Source of the DNA: Paragordius varius
Lineage: Eukaryota; Animalia; Nematomorpha
Direction: 5' to 3'
Length of the DNA stretch: 64,000 bases
Assembly: GCA_964247055.1 (NCBI GenBank)
Contig: OZ176052.1
Location: forward strand, 12,586,001 to 12,650,000
Shown piece by piece: positions 1 through 12,751 of this stretch. The notes below the pieces were generated by a model. That model saw only the letters and a list, made by a program, of their open reading frames with translations, was not told the DNA's origin and made no database searches. Each line of letters starts with the position of its first letter. The stretch's first letter is position 1. The position numbers and the translations under genes were made by a program.

Positions 1-413
1 CTGATTAGGTGGGCCAGTAATTATAAGTTTAAATCTAATTTAACATTTAAAGTTAAAACATATTAACTATAATAATGAACGCATATCCAAAATCAAAATT
101 TTTTCGTTAAATAAATTTATATATTTTATAGTAAATTAATTTTCTATTATAATGGTTGCCTTTATAACAAGAATAATGAAGAACCGACATAGTATGTTTT
201 TGCTTTTTTCGTTTAATGTGTATGTTCTCTGTATAGAATTAAAAACCAAAAATGATTGAAAACATCCATACTTAATAAACGCATTATTTATATATAATGA
301 TAAGAAATTACACCATTTAATGAGGCTAAAATTAAATTCTCATAAAAGATTACAGGTTTACATTTTTGAGATCGTATAAGTTTTTATAAGTTGAAATGCA
401 TCAAAATTTAAAA

Positions 414-1832
414 CTATTTATCGAAAAAACGTTTAAACACTTTGTTGACCATAATTCTGTAATAAGGGTTGAACATGTAAGTAAAGTAAAATGTGCACGT
501 GATGTATACGTATTCAAGGAATGAAAAAAAGAGAAACCATTTCGACATACTGGATCGTACCATCCATTGAGATATAAAATCCCAAATCATTTGAATAATA
601 GATAAAGGTAATATGAGTAAAATGAATTCTACAGTCAATATAATCAATGTACGGATTTGTTCTTTGTTGATCAATTCTTTCCGACGATACAGTACATTTT
701 TTGTAAGATCAATTCTACTGTGAGTAATCTGTGGTTGATTTAAAACTGAGATTTGGGACGTAAATTTTTTACTAAGTTGTGTGTCATTTGGTAGCCTTTC
801 ATTAACCGGAAACAAGGTATGTGCTGATAAAGTTCTTCCACCCTTATTTTGATGTTTGGGGACCACACTTTGGTTTTTACGAACTACGGTGTCATACGTA
901 ATTAAATAGGAATTTAATATTTTACGGCTGTTTTTAATTAATATACATTTGCATATTATGATACCAAGGAATGGCAAGATACGTAAAAATACTTCCCTAC
1001 TAATTTCATACGTTGTATACAACTTTTGTAATATAGGGCGCGTCTTTGGTATAACTAGAGGGCTTAATATCCAGAGGTATACACCTTCGCTTGTAATTTC
1101 TGGAGGAGGAATAATGGAATGATGATTGTTTAAACTTTCTTTCTTAAGGTGCTCATCAAAACATATCAAGTATCTTTTATGATCTAACCAAAAATATATG
1201 GGTAAGGACCAAAGGAAAACACTGATTGACAAAATCCAAATAGCTAATCGTACGCGTTTCTTAGTGACTAGATAAACGTATCGATATGGGTATTGTATTG
1301 CAAGGAATTGATTTAAAAAGACCAATATATACATCATGAATCCTATATTCACTAACGCTTTGTTCATGATATAATGAATGTGAGCCAAATAAAAGACCCA
1401 ACCCTTTCGTCCCCAAATGGGATTGTAATTGGCCTTTCCCCACATCCTCAAAACTGGTGCAGGGATCATTAGCAAAGTGTTTACCAAATTCACGGCATAA
1501 AAAAGTCTTAAAAGGTGTTGATTAACATTTAACTTTGCATGTGCGGTACCATATTTCTTTTTGTGGTGAACATGTTCAGAGGTTTTGTCAGTTTTACTAA
1601 TAATATTGGATGTTGAGCTTTTTTTATGTTTATTGATAATTCTGTTTGATGTTAAAGCAATTCCAATCGAATTCCCTACCAAACCCAGGGCCAAAAGGAA
1701 AACGAAAGCGTAACTATTGACTAACATAAAATGATCATCTAAATAGAGATCGATGTAACTAAAAGTTGTACAATTTTGTGTTTTGGGTAAAACTGTAGCG
1801 GGTAACGTTTTGAAGATTTTTAATTGAATCAT
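414..1832 (-). CDS. Class A (rhodopsin-like) 7TM GPCR, FMRFamide/sex-peptide-receptor-like; single exon, 472 aa
   Basis: Seven hydrophobic segments; TM1 GLVGN; TM3 region W..YLAHIHY typical of this invertebrate peptide-receptor group; LNQFLAIQYP at the DRYxAIxxP position; TM7 ends YMFNPYYR. Confidence 0.85.
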   Translation of the reverse strand: MIQLKIFKTLPATVLPKTQNCTTFSYIDLYLDDHFMLVNSYAFVFLLALGLVGNSIGIALTSNRIINKHKKSSTSNIISKTDKTSEHVHHKKKYGTAHAKLNVNQHLLRLFYAVNLVNTLLMIPAPVLRMWGKANYNPIWGRKGWVFYLAHIHYIMNKALVNIGFMMYILVFLNQFLAIQYPYRYVYLVTKKRVRLAIWILSISVFLWSLPIYFWLDHKRYLICFDEHLKKESLNNHHSIIPPPEITSEGVYLWILSPLVIPKTRPILQKLYTTYEISREVFLRILPFLGIIICKCILIKNSRKILNSYLITYDTVVRKNQSVVPKHQNKGGRTLSAHTLFPVNERLPNDTQLSKKFTSQISVLNQPQITHSRIDLTKNVLYRRKELINKEQIRTLIILTVEFILLILPLSIIQMIWDFISQWMVRSSMSKWFLFFSFLEYVYITCTFYFTYMFNPYYRIMVNKVFKRFFDK

Positions 1833-3328
1833 AGTTTAAGGCTTCAATATATGGTAAAAATTATCTTAATTTTGAGATATGTATGTTTAATTATTTATAA
1901 TAACGCACAAAGTAAATATTTCGATTGGAGCACAAAAAAATTAATAAGTTAAGTGTTTTTATATAAAATATTTTTAATTATCCCTAAAAGCTTTTTTAAT
2001 ATTGGTAAAAGTTAATCAATTTAATTTATGCAAGTAAATATCCTACTGGGAAGTTTAATTATAATTTGTCATTAAAAACAACTAGTATTTACTAGTTTAA
2101 AATATGTCGGCAAAAAAGGCATAATCAATTTTTCAACCATATTTAATTTTAGGCACACAGATTTATAAAATTTTTGACATTTAAAAAATTTATATTTATT
2201 TTAAAGCATAAATAAGGTCAATAAACAGATATGAGCCCATATTTATTCTATTTTAATTTTTATGGAAGTATTGTCAACCAACCACATACCTACAATAACA
2301 TACAATACAATAAAAACTCTAATAATGACACTCTAAATAAAGTTTTTCAAAAAAAAGGTAATAAAGTTGTCACCAAACAAATGACTGTCGCAATATGTTA
2401 TTTCAACTATTATTATTTTATATTATGGATAAAAATATTTTATGCTTCAAGACATAACTAATTTTTAAGTTGAAAATTATTTCATTTAATATATTATTTT
2501 AAAGATGTTTGGGGGTAGTGAAAACTTTTAATGTAAATGACCGTTAGATAAAGTATGTAAAATATTTTATTTTTGGCCATCTCCTATCATTTTTTGGGAA
2601 ATATTATTTTAACATGGTAAAACCCCAAGAGTTTTTTAAGTTTATTTTGCATATTATCATAAATATTAAGACGGTTATTTTGGTTGATAACACAAAAATA
2701 ATGAGTTATTTTTTAAAGTATATATATATGTTTTGTTAGATTAATTTTTAAATTAAAAATTGTTTTTCGCTTAAATGCGCACTTTGTTTGTTTTGGGTGA
2801 AAATTACAAAAATATTAATTGAAATGAAAAATGTGCCGAAAATAAATTACATATAATGCGCTATTACATTATTTTTTTCGCTATAAGTATAATTTGGTTT
2901 ATACCATGAAAAATAATTATAAATATATTTCAATAATTATAAAAACCCTAGTTTTAAGTAATGCATTGAGGACCTCGATTGACTGCAGAAACCAGCCATT
3001 TTATATGTGCATATTATTAAAAAATAAAAGCGAATCTAAACTAATATAATTAAAGAAATCAGTGAGCCAATTTATATATTACATATTTTAAATTGACCGC
3101 TTAGTAAACTTTACTAAAAATTGTTAATCAAACTAAATGGTCACAATATTTTTTAGTAAAAAAAACAACTTAACAGATAATAATGGTATTTTTGAGTATA
3201 TTAATGCACGTTATCCCTTTTGTGTAGTGTTACCAAACACGGCTCAAAAAATAATTCAAAATTGAAACGTTTTATAAACCCTTAAGGGAAATCATAGGCT
3301 AAAGAACCATATAGAGGCACTTATACAG

Positions 3329-3493
3329 TATATACATTGCTAGAAAGTTATTAATTATTGCCAAATAGTAAATACAACAAAGGGCAGTATTATTGGCTGA
3401 TAATATTAAAAAGTTAAAAAAATGACTCTAAGCCTATAATACTTCCCTTTGTTGCTATTTGGCAATAAAAAATAACTTTCTATCAATGTATAC
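3329..3493. mobile_element. Short hairpin MITE-like inverted repeat
   Basis: tacattgctagaaagtta..ttgccaaatag..caacaaagggcagtattat is mirrored by ataatacttccctttgttg..ctatttggcaa..taactttctatcaatgta. Confidence 0.55.
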
Positions 3494-4949
3494 TTACTCA
3501 AACTGTAATTTTTCACCAAAATATCTAGCAATATTTTTATGTTTATAAACTCAATGTAAATATAACTTTGTTATGATAAGCTAGATCACAACCATATAAT
3601 AAAAAATTCTTTTAACGCATTATCTATTGACTCGAATCTTAATACTTTATTTGGCACAATTTTCCAAATTGATTGGACCTAAATTTAAATAATCACCATT
3701 ATTAAAAAATTGCGTAAATTTTACGGTTAATCAGCCCGGTAAGGTAGGGTTTAAAACTTCAAACATTTAACCTTTTCGGCGCGGCGGATTTCGATAGACA
3801 CCTTAACCGCTTTAAATGGTTAATCATAATTTTTAAAATATAAAATGATCAGAAGTATAATAAAATAACACCATATTATTTCACGAAATAGCAACCATTT
3901 ATATAAAACCTACAAGACCCTTAAAAATGTCAAAGTTTATGTCTGGCGTATTGATGTGAAAAAACCCATTAGAGTCATTTGTTATATTCGAACCTATAAA
4001 TAACATACAAAAACTAAAAAGTTTTGTACTTTTAATCATAAAAAAATGTACTAAAACAACTCAATGACTATTTTTGTAATGACTTAAAATTACACCGTAC
4101 GTCTGCGTATTATTTGTTTTATACTACCTACCCTGCGAAAGTACAAAGAGAATTTTCATAGCTTAGTTTTGACAAATTCATTTGTATAATTGAATGACAA
4201 TAAAACTTAAAGAACTCTACTTTGCTTCACCAATGTTTTCCCAATAAAAGTTTTTAACATGTCTTTTTATGTAAGACACACATAAATACATTACATTTTT
4301 TAGTACATCTTGACTCCAAAGTTCATTCTAATCGGTTTGATTTTAAAATGTACAAAAATCTTCCAGGGGGTTGATAAAATTATATTGAATTTGAATGAAC
4401 AATTTTATAAGGAGTACTCTAATGGAACATTTTTATATTATAAACTTAGAATCCTAATAATTTCATTCACAGTAACGTATGGCTTAAAAAAGTTTATTCA
4501 TAATTAAAGTAATAACGTTGAATGAAACATACGAAAAAAAATTGTTTAATTTCAACCGTTTGTTGTTTCTTTTTTATACACTACTGTATGAACAAAGTAG
4601 ATATGAGACAATTAATATTAAGTAACAATTTAATATGATGCGACAGTTTAAAATAAAATTTATTACCTTATAATTAATTTATATATATATAATAATATTT
4701 TATTACTTTATTATATTTTAATTATACTATTTTCATTATGAAAACCTTGTTGTCGTTTAAATGCATTATAAGTTATATCAAGTTGACACATTTTATTTAA
4801 TTTAATAACTTAATTTAACGCTATTTAGGTTTATTACTTAACTGATGTTTTCATATTTTTAGGTTAACTTCGTATCGTGTTATTGAGGTAAAATACATAT
4901 AAAAGCCATTACTAAAGATTAAAAAATGCAATTTTAGATTTCTATTATA

Positions 4950-5940
4950 GACTCAATAGGTATTAATATTGTAATCCATTACCCGAAATAAATTTTTTGG
5001 ATGTTGTTACAGCTTTTTTCGATATTCTTTTAAAAATGGAGTACCACTTCATTATTTTATCAATAAGGTTATAAAAACATTTAAACACTCCATGTATACC
5101 GATATATTAAGCTTATTACAGAAAAAATGGGGTTTTAGGGGAATCTCTATAGTAATTATCGAAAAATGTTTATGTAAAAATTCGAAAATTAGGATAAATT
5201 AAGCTAATTTGTATATAAGCGAATATTGTTAAATTTAGCTTTGCCTTTCACTGTTTAAAGCTTTTTAGTTTTTATATATTTTACCAGGATAATGATTAAA
5301 CCCATATTTTTGGAAGCTCATGACTGACTCTTTCTAAAAATTTGAGTCTAAAACGCCATTTTGATTGGAACTCGACGAACAGTCGTAATAAACCCGGTTT
5401 TAAACAGCTGATATTTTGTTGTAATTTAGATTTGAAAATTTAAATTATATATTTTTTAAATGACATTATTTTCATCATTTCTTCCATTGAAAATAAGATT
5501 CCATTGTAAATTAAAATGTTAAAACTTAAAATAAGTGTTAAAATTTGGGTAATTACGGTTTATTATATTATATTGCTGAAATGGTTTATTAACATGAAAC
5601 TCCATAACGCATTATCTAAACCAGGTGTGTGTCCAACACAAATGGCTTCGTGGGCCGCACGAAATATATATGGAATTTGTTACATTTTAAACATAAAACT
5701 GTAAAATGCAAACAATATAACAAATTTTACTAGTTTTTGCCAATCGGACTTATTTAGGAAAATTATTTAAGAAATATCAGTATTAATGAGATTTATGAGC
5801 ATATTTTCGCAAATCACAGATTTCCCATTTTTTCGAGGGCCATACAGAAAGTTTAAGAGGGCATTGGAAACCCCCGATCTAAACCCAATAAATGAACCCC
5901 TAAGGTTATGACCGGCAGTTTTCCATACTATAGGGGTTAA
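4950..5940 (-). pseudogene. Degenerate piggyBac-like transposase relic
   Basis: Minus-strand fragments in piggyBac order with plausible spacing: SKWRFR (KWGFK-like), FNHYPGK (F.IY.GK), FFDNYY about 42 codons later; a TTAA-CCC terminus at 5940. Many stops and frameshifts; limits approximate. Confidence 0.4.
5622..5720 (+). mobile_element. hAT-type MITE fragment (related pieces at ~36849-36877 inverted and 56793-57095)
   Basis: Shared terminus cagg(t/g)gt..cc(a/g)acacaaatggcttcg..gggccgca. Confidence 0.5.
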
Positions 5941-8311
5941 TGTATTTAAATAAAAATATAAATAATACCTATTCTATTGCCAACAAATTTTTGTGAAAGA
6001 TTAAGAAAGCATCTTTTTATGCAACTGAATATTTTTTTATAACCTGTAATTTATTAAATGTAACATTTATATATTTTTATTATCATTTTACTATTTATAT
6101 ATTTCAATGAACTGAGAAGAAAATGCCTGTATGTGATGTTTAGATAAAACAATTGACTTAAACGGTGCCGACTTGCCGTATTCTCTGTTGCACACGTATT
6201 TATTTAAAAGGCAAAAGATAAAAGTATCATAATGTTATCTAAATTAAATTGAAACAACAAACTAATACTACATAGGTGAAAATGTTTATTTCTAAAATTT
6301 AGATTATATTTTGTGCAAGGTTGTAAGGTTTAATAAAAGGGATTTAAATTATCCAAAAAATATATATATATATGTTCCTTAACATTGACATTGTTTTCAT
6401 GATCTGCCCCGCCCTATAATTTTAATTTCATTTCACCAAATTAATTTTCAGTGTGCAAAAGTTTTTATTTTAAAATATGTAACATGGTATGGGATTAGTA
6501 TTAATTTCTATAAAATCGAAAATTTAAAATTATTTAAAATAAAAAACACACAAAAAATTGGTTTTAAACTTATAGAAAACATATATTTTCCACATTTTCC
6601 ATTTGAACAAAGACATGTGTCTCTTTAATAAAATTGTTAAACATTGAAAAAAATATATATGATAATTAGTGAAAGTTTTCATAAAAAGGTAAATTATTGT
6701 TCATTTAAATACAATTTAATAATTTAATTTGTTAAATAATTTAGAAATGTGTCATACATTTAATCCTAACATACTGACCTTAATATTAGATTGCGTGTGA
6801 AGTCAAATATTTCAATAGTAATCAAATTATGTAGAAAAGAGGGAAGTATACAAAAATTTATGAGAAATATTTTCAAGTTTGTATTCAAATTAATTTTTCC
6901 AACTATTTTAAATTGTCATTGCTTAAAGACCATTAACCTTACAATTCAATCATGATAAAATATAATAGAGTAAATGCGTAAGTTAAAGAAAAAAAGTTTC
7001 AAATTTCATGTGTACTTTATCGGTAAAACGTATTATTAGCAATAACGCTAGTATTTATGTTTCCTCAAATCACTTTGCTAAAACAACATACTAACTAATA
7101 TAAAAAAGCGTTTATAAAAATTTTGTTTAACATTTCTAAAGCAGGTCCTTGTCCCCGCGCTTACCTATTATTCCCCCGCGTAAAATATTTGATTTCAAAG
7201 CCATCTATTATTAAAGTTTAAACAATTTTTATATGACATGTGTTTGGAGGTAAATATATTTTAACATTTTTGGTCATTAATCTTAATTTATTTATTTATT
7301 TGCTAAAGCGTTGTCGGTATTTTAGCATGTTTCCTTTAATTTGTTCTTATGTTGCGCATTAATCAAAATTTATTAGTCTGCATAATTTATTACATTTAAT
7401 GCATAGGTGGCTGTTCCATTTGCATATTTATTTAACGAGGTGGTCTCTTTAAGTAAATGTAATTGATTGTCTAATGTGAAGCATAGCTTTTTCATGAGTT
7501 AGTACACGATTCGATTATTTAATTAGTTTAAACCAATTTATATAAACAATTTATTTAAATGTTTTCTATTCGATTGAACTAAATTTGTTAATATTTTATA
7601 TATTTTCTGAGTTTATTAAATACAGAGTAAAAGGGATTGATTAATGTTTAAAGCTAAATAAGAGAGTTACTTAATCAAACACTCTTTATAGTTTATATTG
7701 AAAGAAAAAAAAATATGGAAATAAAGACGTGTTGATTATACTATAAAGGTGAATCCTTTTAATATTTTTACGATGACATCAAAACTAATATTTTGTTTTC
7801 ATGTAAATTTATTTATTTATTTTCATAATTAAAGGTAAAAATTGTAAAAAGTGAGAATATTCAAACACAATGTGTTACATATAATATATATCCTATTTTC
7901 TAAATAAATGAAAAACATAAAACTATTTTTTTTGTTACCTTAGTAGTATTTTTTTATGCATACCTACAACACAACACGATACAACACAACTAACAATAAA
8001 TCAAATCTCGCAACATCATTTTTACCTTTTTTTTCGTTCCATATAATTTGTATTTTTAATACAATTTTTTGTTAATCCAAAATATATTAAATAGTTGACC
8101 AATATCTCGTAATTTCGTATAAAATGCAATATTTTTATGTCGATATTCCTAGTAAAATACATGAAAAACTTAGCGGAAAAAATGGTCACTCAGAATCAAA
8201 GATATTTTAACAAATCCATGAAAGGAATTATTCATCTGTGGTAAAAATTAAAATCAAAATCCATTCGAAATTACATTATTTTATATTATAAAATCTTATA
8301 AAGCAAAATAT

Positions 8312-11300
8312 ATGTTACACCCAGGAGATGTAATTCGGTTAACCGATGTTGCCGAATATGTTTCGGAAAATGAAGAAAATATACGTGTTCCCGGAGGAAG
8401 GAGAAGTCTTAATCCGTTAAAATTACCGTGTCTTGTAAAGGTTATTCGCATACCAAAAAGATATTTTGATCAATCGATGCAACATTACAGCGATGATCAT
8501 TTATATGGGATTATTGAGTCCATTCATCCCAAATACAAAATTTGGGTAGAATCAAAACCCAACGAAGAAGTACTATCAAGGAAAAGGGATATTAATTTCA
8601 ATAAAAACTATCCACATTCTCCACCATCGCCTTCCATGCGTGACAAATATTTGGTGTACGGGCGAAATGGACAACAAAATAACACAAATTTCAACATTAA
8701 TAACACTCAACAATTATTTGATAAAAATTTGATTGGTATTGAGGATTTACAAGCTTGGTACGAATTGCTATCAGAAGATGGTCAAGCTGCCCCAGGATAT
8801 CAAAGCATTAAAAGTTTGGTTCAAGAGAAGCGCCCAGATCAATTTATGTGTCGCACAAAAGTTACGGCTTATAAGATGACCGCGGCAGATAATATGACTC
8901 CTCACAAATTGTTGGTAAAAACTTTTCATCCTGGAACAGTGTTTACTATTCGGTATGACACTAAAACAAGCAACGCCACAATAATAAATGATGAATTAAC
9001 ATTGCTCATACAAAGTTACAAAGAGAATGTCATGCCTCTCGGGGTCGCGACTAATTATTTTCGCAACTCAAGTCACCATTTTACACATAACAAAAATGAT
9101 ATCAGCAAAAAACCACAATACCTTAGAGTTACAATAATGTGTACCGAGTCAGATAACTTTGATGGATCGATTTGGCATATCCCGTTCGGTACTAAAGGAT
9201 ACTTTAGCCCTGTAGCTAAAAGAGAAAATATATCAGGTGTACATAAACTCACTGATCTATTGGTAAAATTTCAAATGCCATTGAAAGTGAGATTACTGTA
9301 TTACACCAATCATAGCAACACATTAAATTCTGTGTATGGGATGCCTTTTCCCCCGAATTCCGTGATCCGACTCCTAAAAATGGAAAAAGAATACGAGTTT
9401 TGTATTTATTTCATTGGGACCGATTCTATCAAACGCATTACATTACCCTACCAATGTGCTAAACGAGTATACATTTTACCAAAGATTGATACCCAAAATT
9501 TGATTGAAAGTGCTCACTTGAACCCAACCCTAAAAGAATGTCTTCAGGTATTGGTGCTTCAACACAAAATGCGTATCAAAAGTCTCAGTGATTCTCAAAT
9601 AGGTTGTGATAATACATTATCAACCAAAATTAGCGGCAAACCAGATTCGGATAAAATAAAGATGAACAACACTAAACGATTAAGGAGAAAGTTAATTTTT
9701 TATTATGTTAGCATTTTAAGTTTTTTTCACAATCCATAACACATATAGATTTTTTCTTCTAAGTTTGTCCAGCTTGAAGTTTTTTAAACTTAGAATCAAA
9801 ATTATTTTGAATAATGTTTACTTTTAAAATCAGTAAGCGATGTGATCCGTGAGATACCTATCACAATATATCATAAAATTATTTGAAAAGCCTTACGTAA
9901 GAAGTGTAGATAAGTATTATCTGATAGAAATTTGAAATCCTACAGTGGTCAATAACACGGACATGTCTGATTTTTTAAAATGATTACCTCAGCTCTTACT
10001 ATTAATTCCTAGTTTTTGCCTCAAAACGCCTAATTTAATCATAATAATATTTCATTAATACCAATAAAACAAATTATAATACACCTCTGAAAAAAATTTT
10101 AATTATAAAAATTACATTATTTGTACATTTTGGGCAAATTGTATTTAAGACTATCTATATGTAATTGATAAGGTATTTAAATCAAAATCGCTTTAAATAT
10201 ACTTTATTATACATACATATCCTAAATTTGACTCTACAATTAGCTTTGACTGTTATATTAAAAATGATTATATGTTAATATGTATTCAGGAATTCATAAT
10301 TAACACCCTGATTCAAATTGGGGTATCCAAATACCTTAGACAATATATAAGTTGATATAAAAACTACTGATATAAACGTTCCCGTTTTAAATTTATCCTT
10401 CTATCCTCATAGAAACTATATAAAAACACCGACATATCTCAATAAAATTTAGTACAAAATAGTTCCATATCAAACTACTTCGACGCCATTTTTTTCAAAA
10501 AATTAATTTAATTTTTAAGCCAAGATTATAGTTTTTTTATTTATAACACATCAAACTTGGTAGAAACAGAAAAAACGGTTTATTTTGTACTATTTTTTAT
10601 TCTGCTAATGCAGACATGTCAAATCGAGTAAATTTTTACCTTTGGGTTTTACCTTAAAATAAGTGATATCAAGTATTTTTGAAAGAATTTTTTTTTATAG
10701 TTCGGTTCATTAATGTTATATAAGTGCAAACTGTTGCTATGGTTTCGATTCTGTATATATTTCTGAAGTATTTAATTTTTAACAGGCCTAGGGTATCTAA
10801 CTACCCCGATTTGAATCGAATGACTGAAAAGAATGTGTTGTATCCAAGTGTTAATATATTTACTTTTTTCAACACCATTTATCATAATTCTGAGAACCAT
10901 TTAATACATTTTTATATTTTTAGTGGGACATCTCCTTCACATAATTACGACACCTCCAAACGATCTTCTCAAATCTCACCCTTACCATACGATTACTTTT
11001 TCAATTGCTCAAAGCCATTAGGTAGCTCTGAAGATGACATTAGCATGATACATCTTTATACCTCCCTTAAAGCAATGGAAGAAAAGGGAGACATAGCCAT
11101 GTTTTTATGTCGAATCCTAGGAGAATTGGCCGAAAATGAAAAATCCATTTCATCTGCCTCCAACAAATCAAGTAATTATGGGCATAAGCCTAATTTACAG
11201 TATGCACATTTATGTTGGTTTATTCACCGTACTGTTGGTCAATATGGTTTACAGGAGCGTTTGTTACACTGTGTTTTTCATGAGATAGCTTATGATCAGC

Positions 11301-11317
11301 CTATTCATTCCCATTAA
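8312..11317 (+). CDS. CABIT-domain protein (GAREM/Themis/Serrano-like); exons 8312-9690 and 10924-(11171 or 11317); 3' end uncertain
   Basis: LPCLVKV, WYELLSEDG..YQSIKSLV..RPDQF and IPFGTKGYF...LLVKFQMPLKVRL resemble GAREM CABIT blocks (recalled from memory). Intron 9691-10923 is GT..AG and phase-2 compatible (AA+T = Asn). Confidence 0.7.
10304..10850 (-). mobile_element. piggyBac-type MITE in CABIT gene intron 1
   Basis: TTAA|CAC...GTG|TTAA ends; subterminal attcaaattggggta / taccccgatttgaat inverted motifs; homologous (inverted) to the copies at 58481 and 59505. Confidence 0.75.
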
Positions 11318-12448
11318 AATTTTTATTTGTTGACAACCTAGTTTTTAAAATATTAAGAGAAAATCGAAATCGAGCAAAAAGTGAAAATTAAGGATAATTA
11401 AGGATAATTCAGATACTATGGTTTTTTTTATCATTTTAGGAGATATTTTCAATATCTATAAAATATCAGTTCAAATGGCTCTTAAAAGGCCGAAAAATTG
11501 TTATGAAAAAAATAATTTTTTTATTTACCAGCTAAACTCACTATTAAAATCTTTCCATATTTAATTCAGTAAAAAAAACTTCTATATCAAAATAAAACTA
11601 AAAAATATTGTTTTATTTTCAATTTTTTGCCATCTGGTTTATGACGGTATAAATAATCTGTTTTATTTTGGAATCTTACATAAGTGGGAGTTATAAAGTA
11701 TAGGTTTATGCAAAATAGGATGTAAACGTAGTTTAAAATCAACCAAATTTCCAGACATATCCCAGTTTGTGTTAAAAAAACTTGTTTGAGGGATTTGTAC
11801 GGATTGTTGGTGGATATTCCATTACTATTGATTCCTATTTTGCATAAATTATATACTTTCCTCCCAGTCATGTAAGATTCCAAAATAAAACAGTATAAAT
11901 TTTTTATAGACTCATAAACCAGATGACAAAAAAATGCAAAAATTAAAAACTACATTTTTTGGTTTTATTTTGATATATAAGCTATTTTTACTGAATAAAA
12001 TATGAATGTTAAAATTATAATAGTGAGTTTAGCTAGTAAATAATTAAAAAAAATATTTCAATATAGTTTCATAAAAAAATTTGTCTTTTAAGTGTGTTAA
12101 AAAAAAATTATTTTTTGAATCCTCTATTATCCTTAATTTTCACTTTTTGCCCGATTTCGATTTTCTCTTAATATTTCAAAAACTAGGTCGTCAACAAATT
12201 AAAATTTTTGGGGCAAATGAATTCCCAGGTCATAAGCTATCTCTTGAAAAAAAATTTTTTGTTAAAAAAATTAACCCTCTTTTTTGCACACAATGTTATA
12301 AAACAAGATTTGTCCATAATCAAATAAACAAAATAATATAAGATAGAAAAATATTGTTTAACGACATTTTTTTGTTTTTTTCCATATAATATAGTGGTGG
12401 CAATTGACCATCTATGATGTGAATAAGCCAGTATAAATGTTCCTACTG
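11198..12448. mobile_element. 1.25-kb foldback element, Tc1/mariner-type (TA|CAGTA...TACTG|TA)
   Basis: TA target duplication on both sides. Long imperfect inverted arms, e.g. 11202 acatttatgttggtttattcac vs 12421 gtgaataagccagtataaatgt; 11280 gagatagcttatga vs 12230 tcataagctatctc; 11340-11400 vs 12130-12190; 11520-11690 vs 11860-12045. Confidence 0.8.
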
Positions 12449-12751
12449 TATATATGTGGGAATAAATTTAATTTTAAGAATAGGGAGTTTTTTGTTTCGA
12501 AATTTAGTTTATATCGTTATACAGTGATAAAATAATTAATTATTGGATATATTGTCTAATGGTATTAAATAAAAGGTGAGGGCATCGATCTTTTTCAATC
12601 ATCGGAACTTTGATGTGAGGCAACCTGTCTTGTCATAGAAATCTGATAATGTTCTCAGCTCTAAGTTTAACTTGACACTCGCTTTATTGTATCCATTCAT
12701 TTCATTTTAGGCCGCTCACGTTTTTGTTTTTAACTATATGACTGTCTAATG

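Noticed and set aside
10724-10923. N-terminal part of the 197-aa ORF
   Set aside because: It overlaps a piggyBac MITE and intron sequence; the real exon starts after the AG at 10922-10923.
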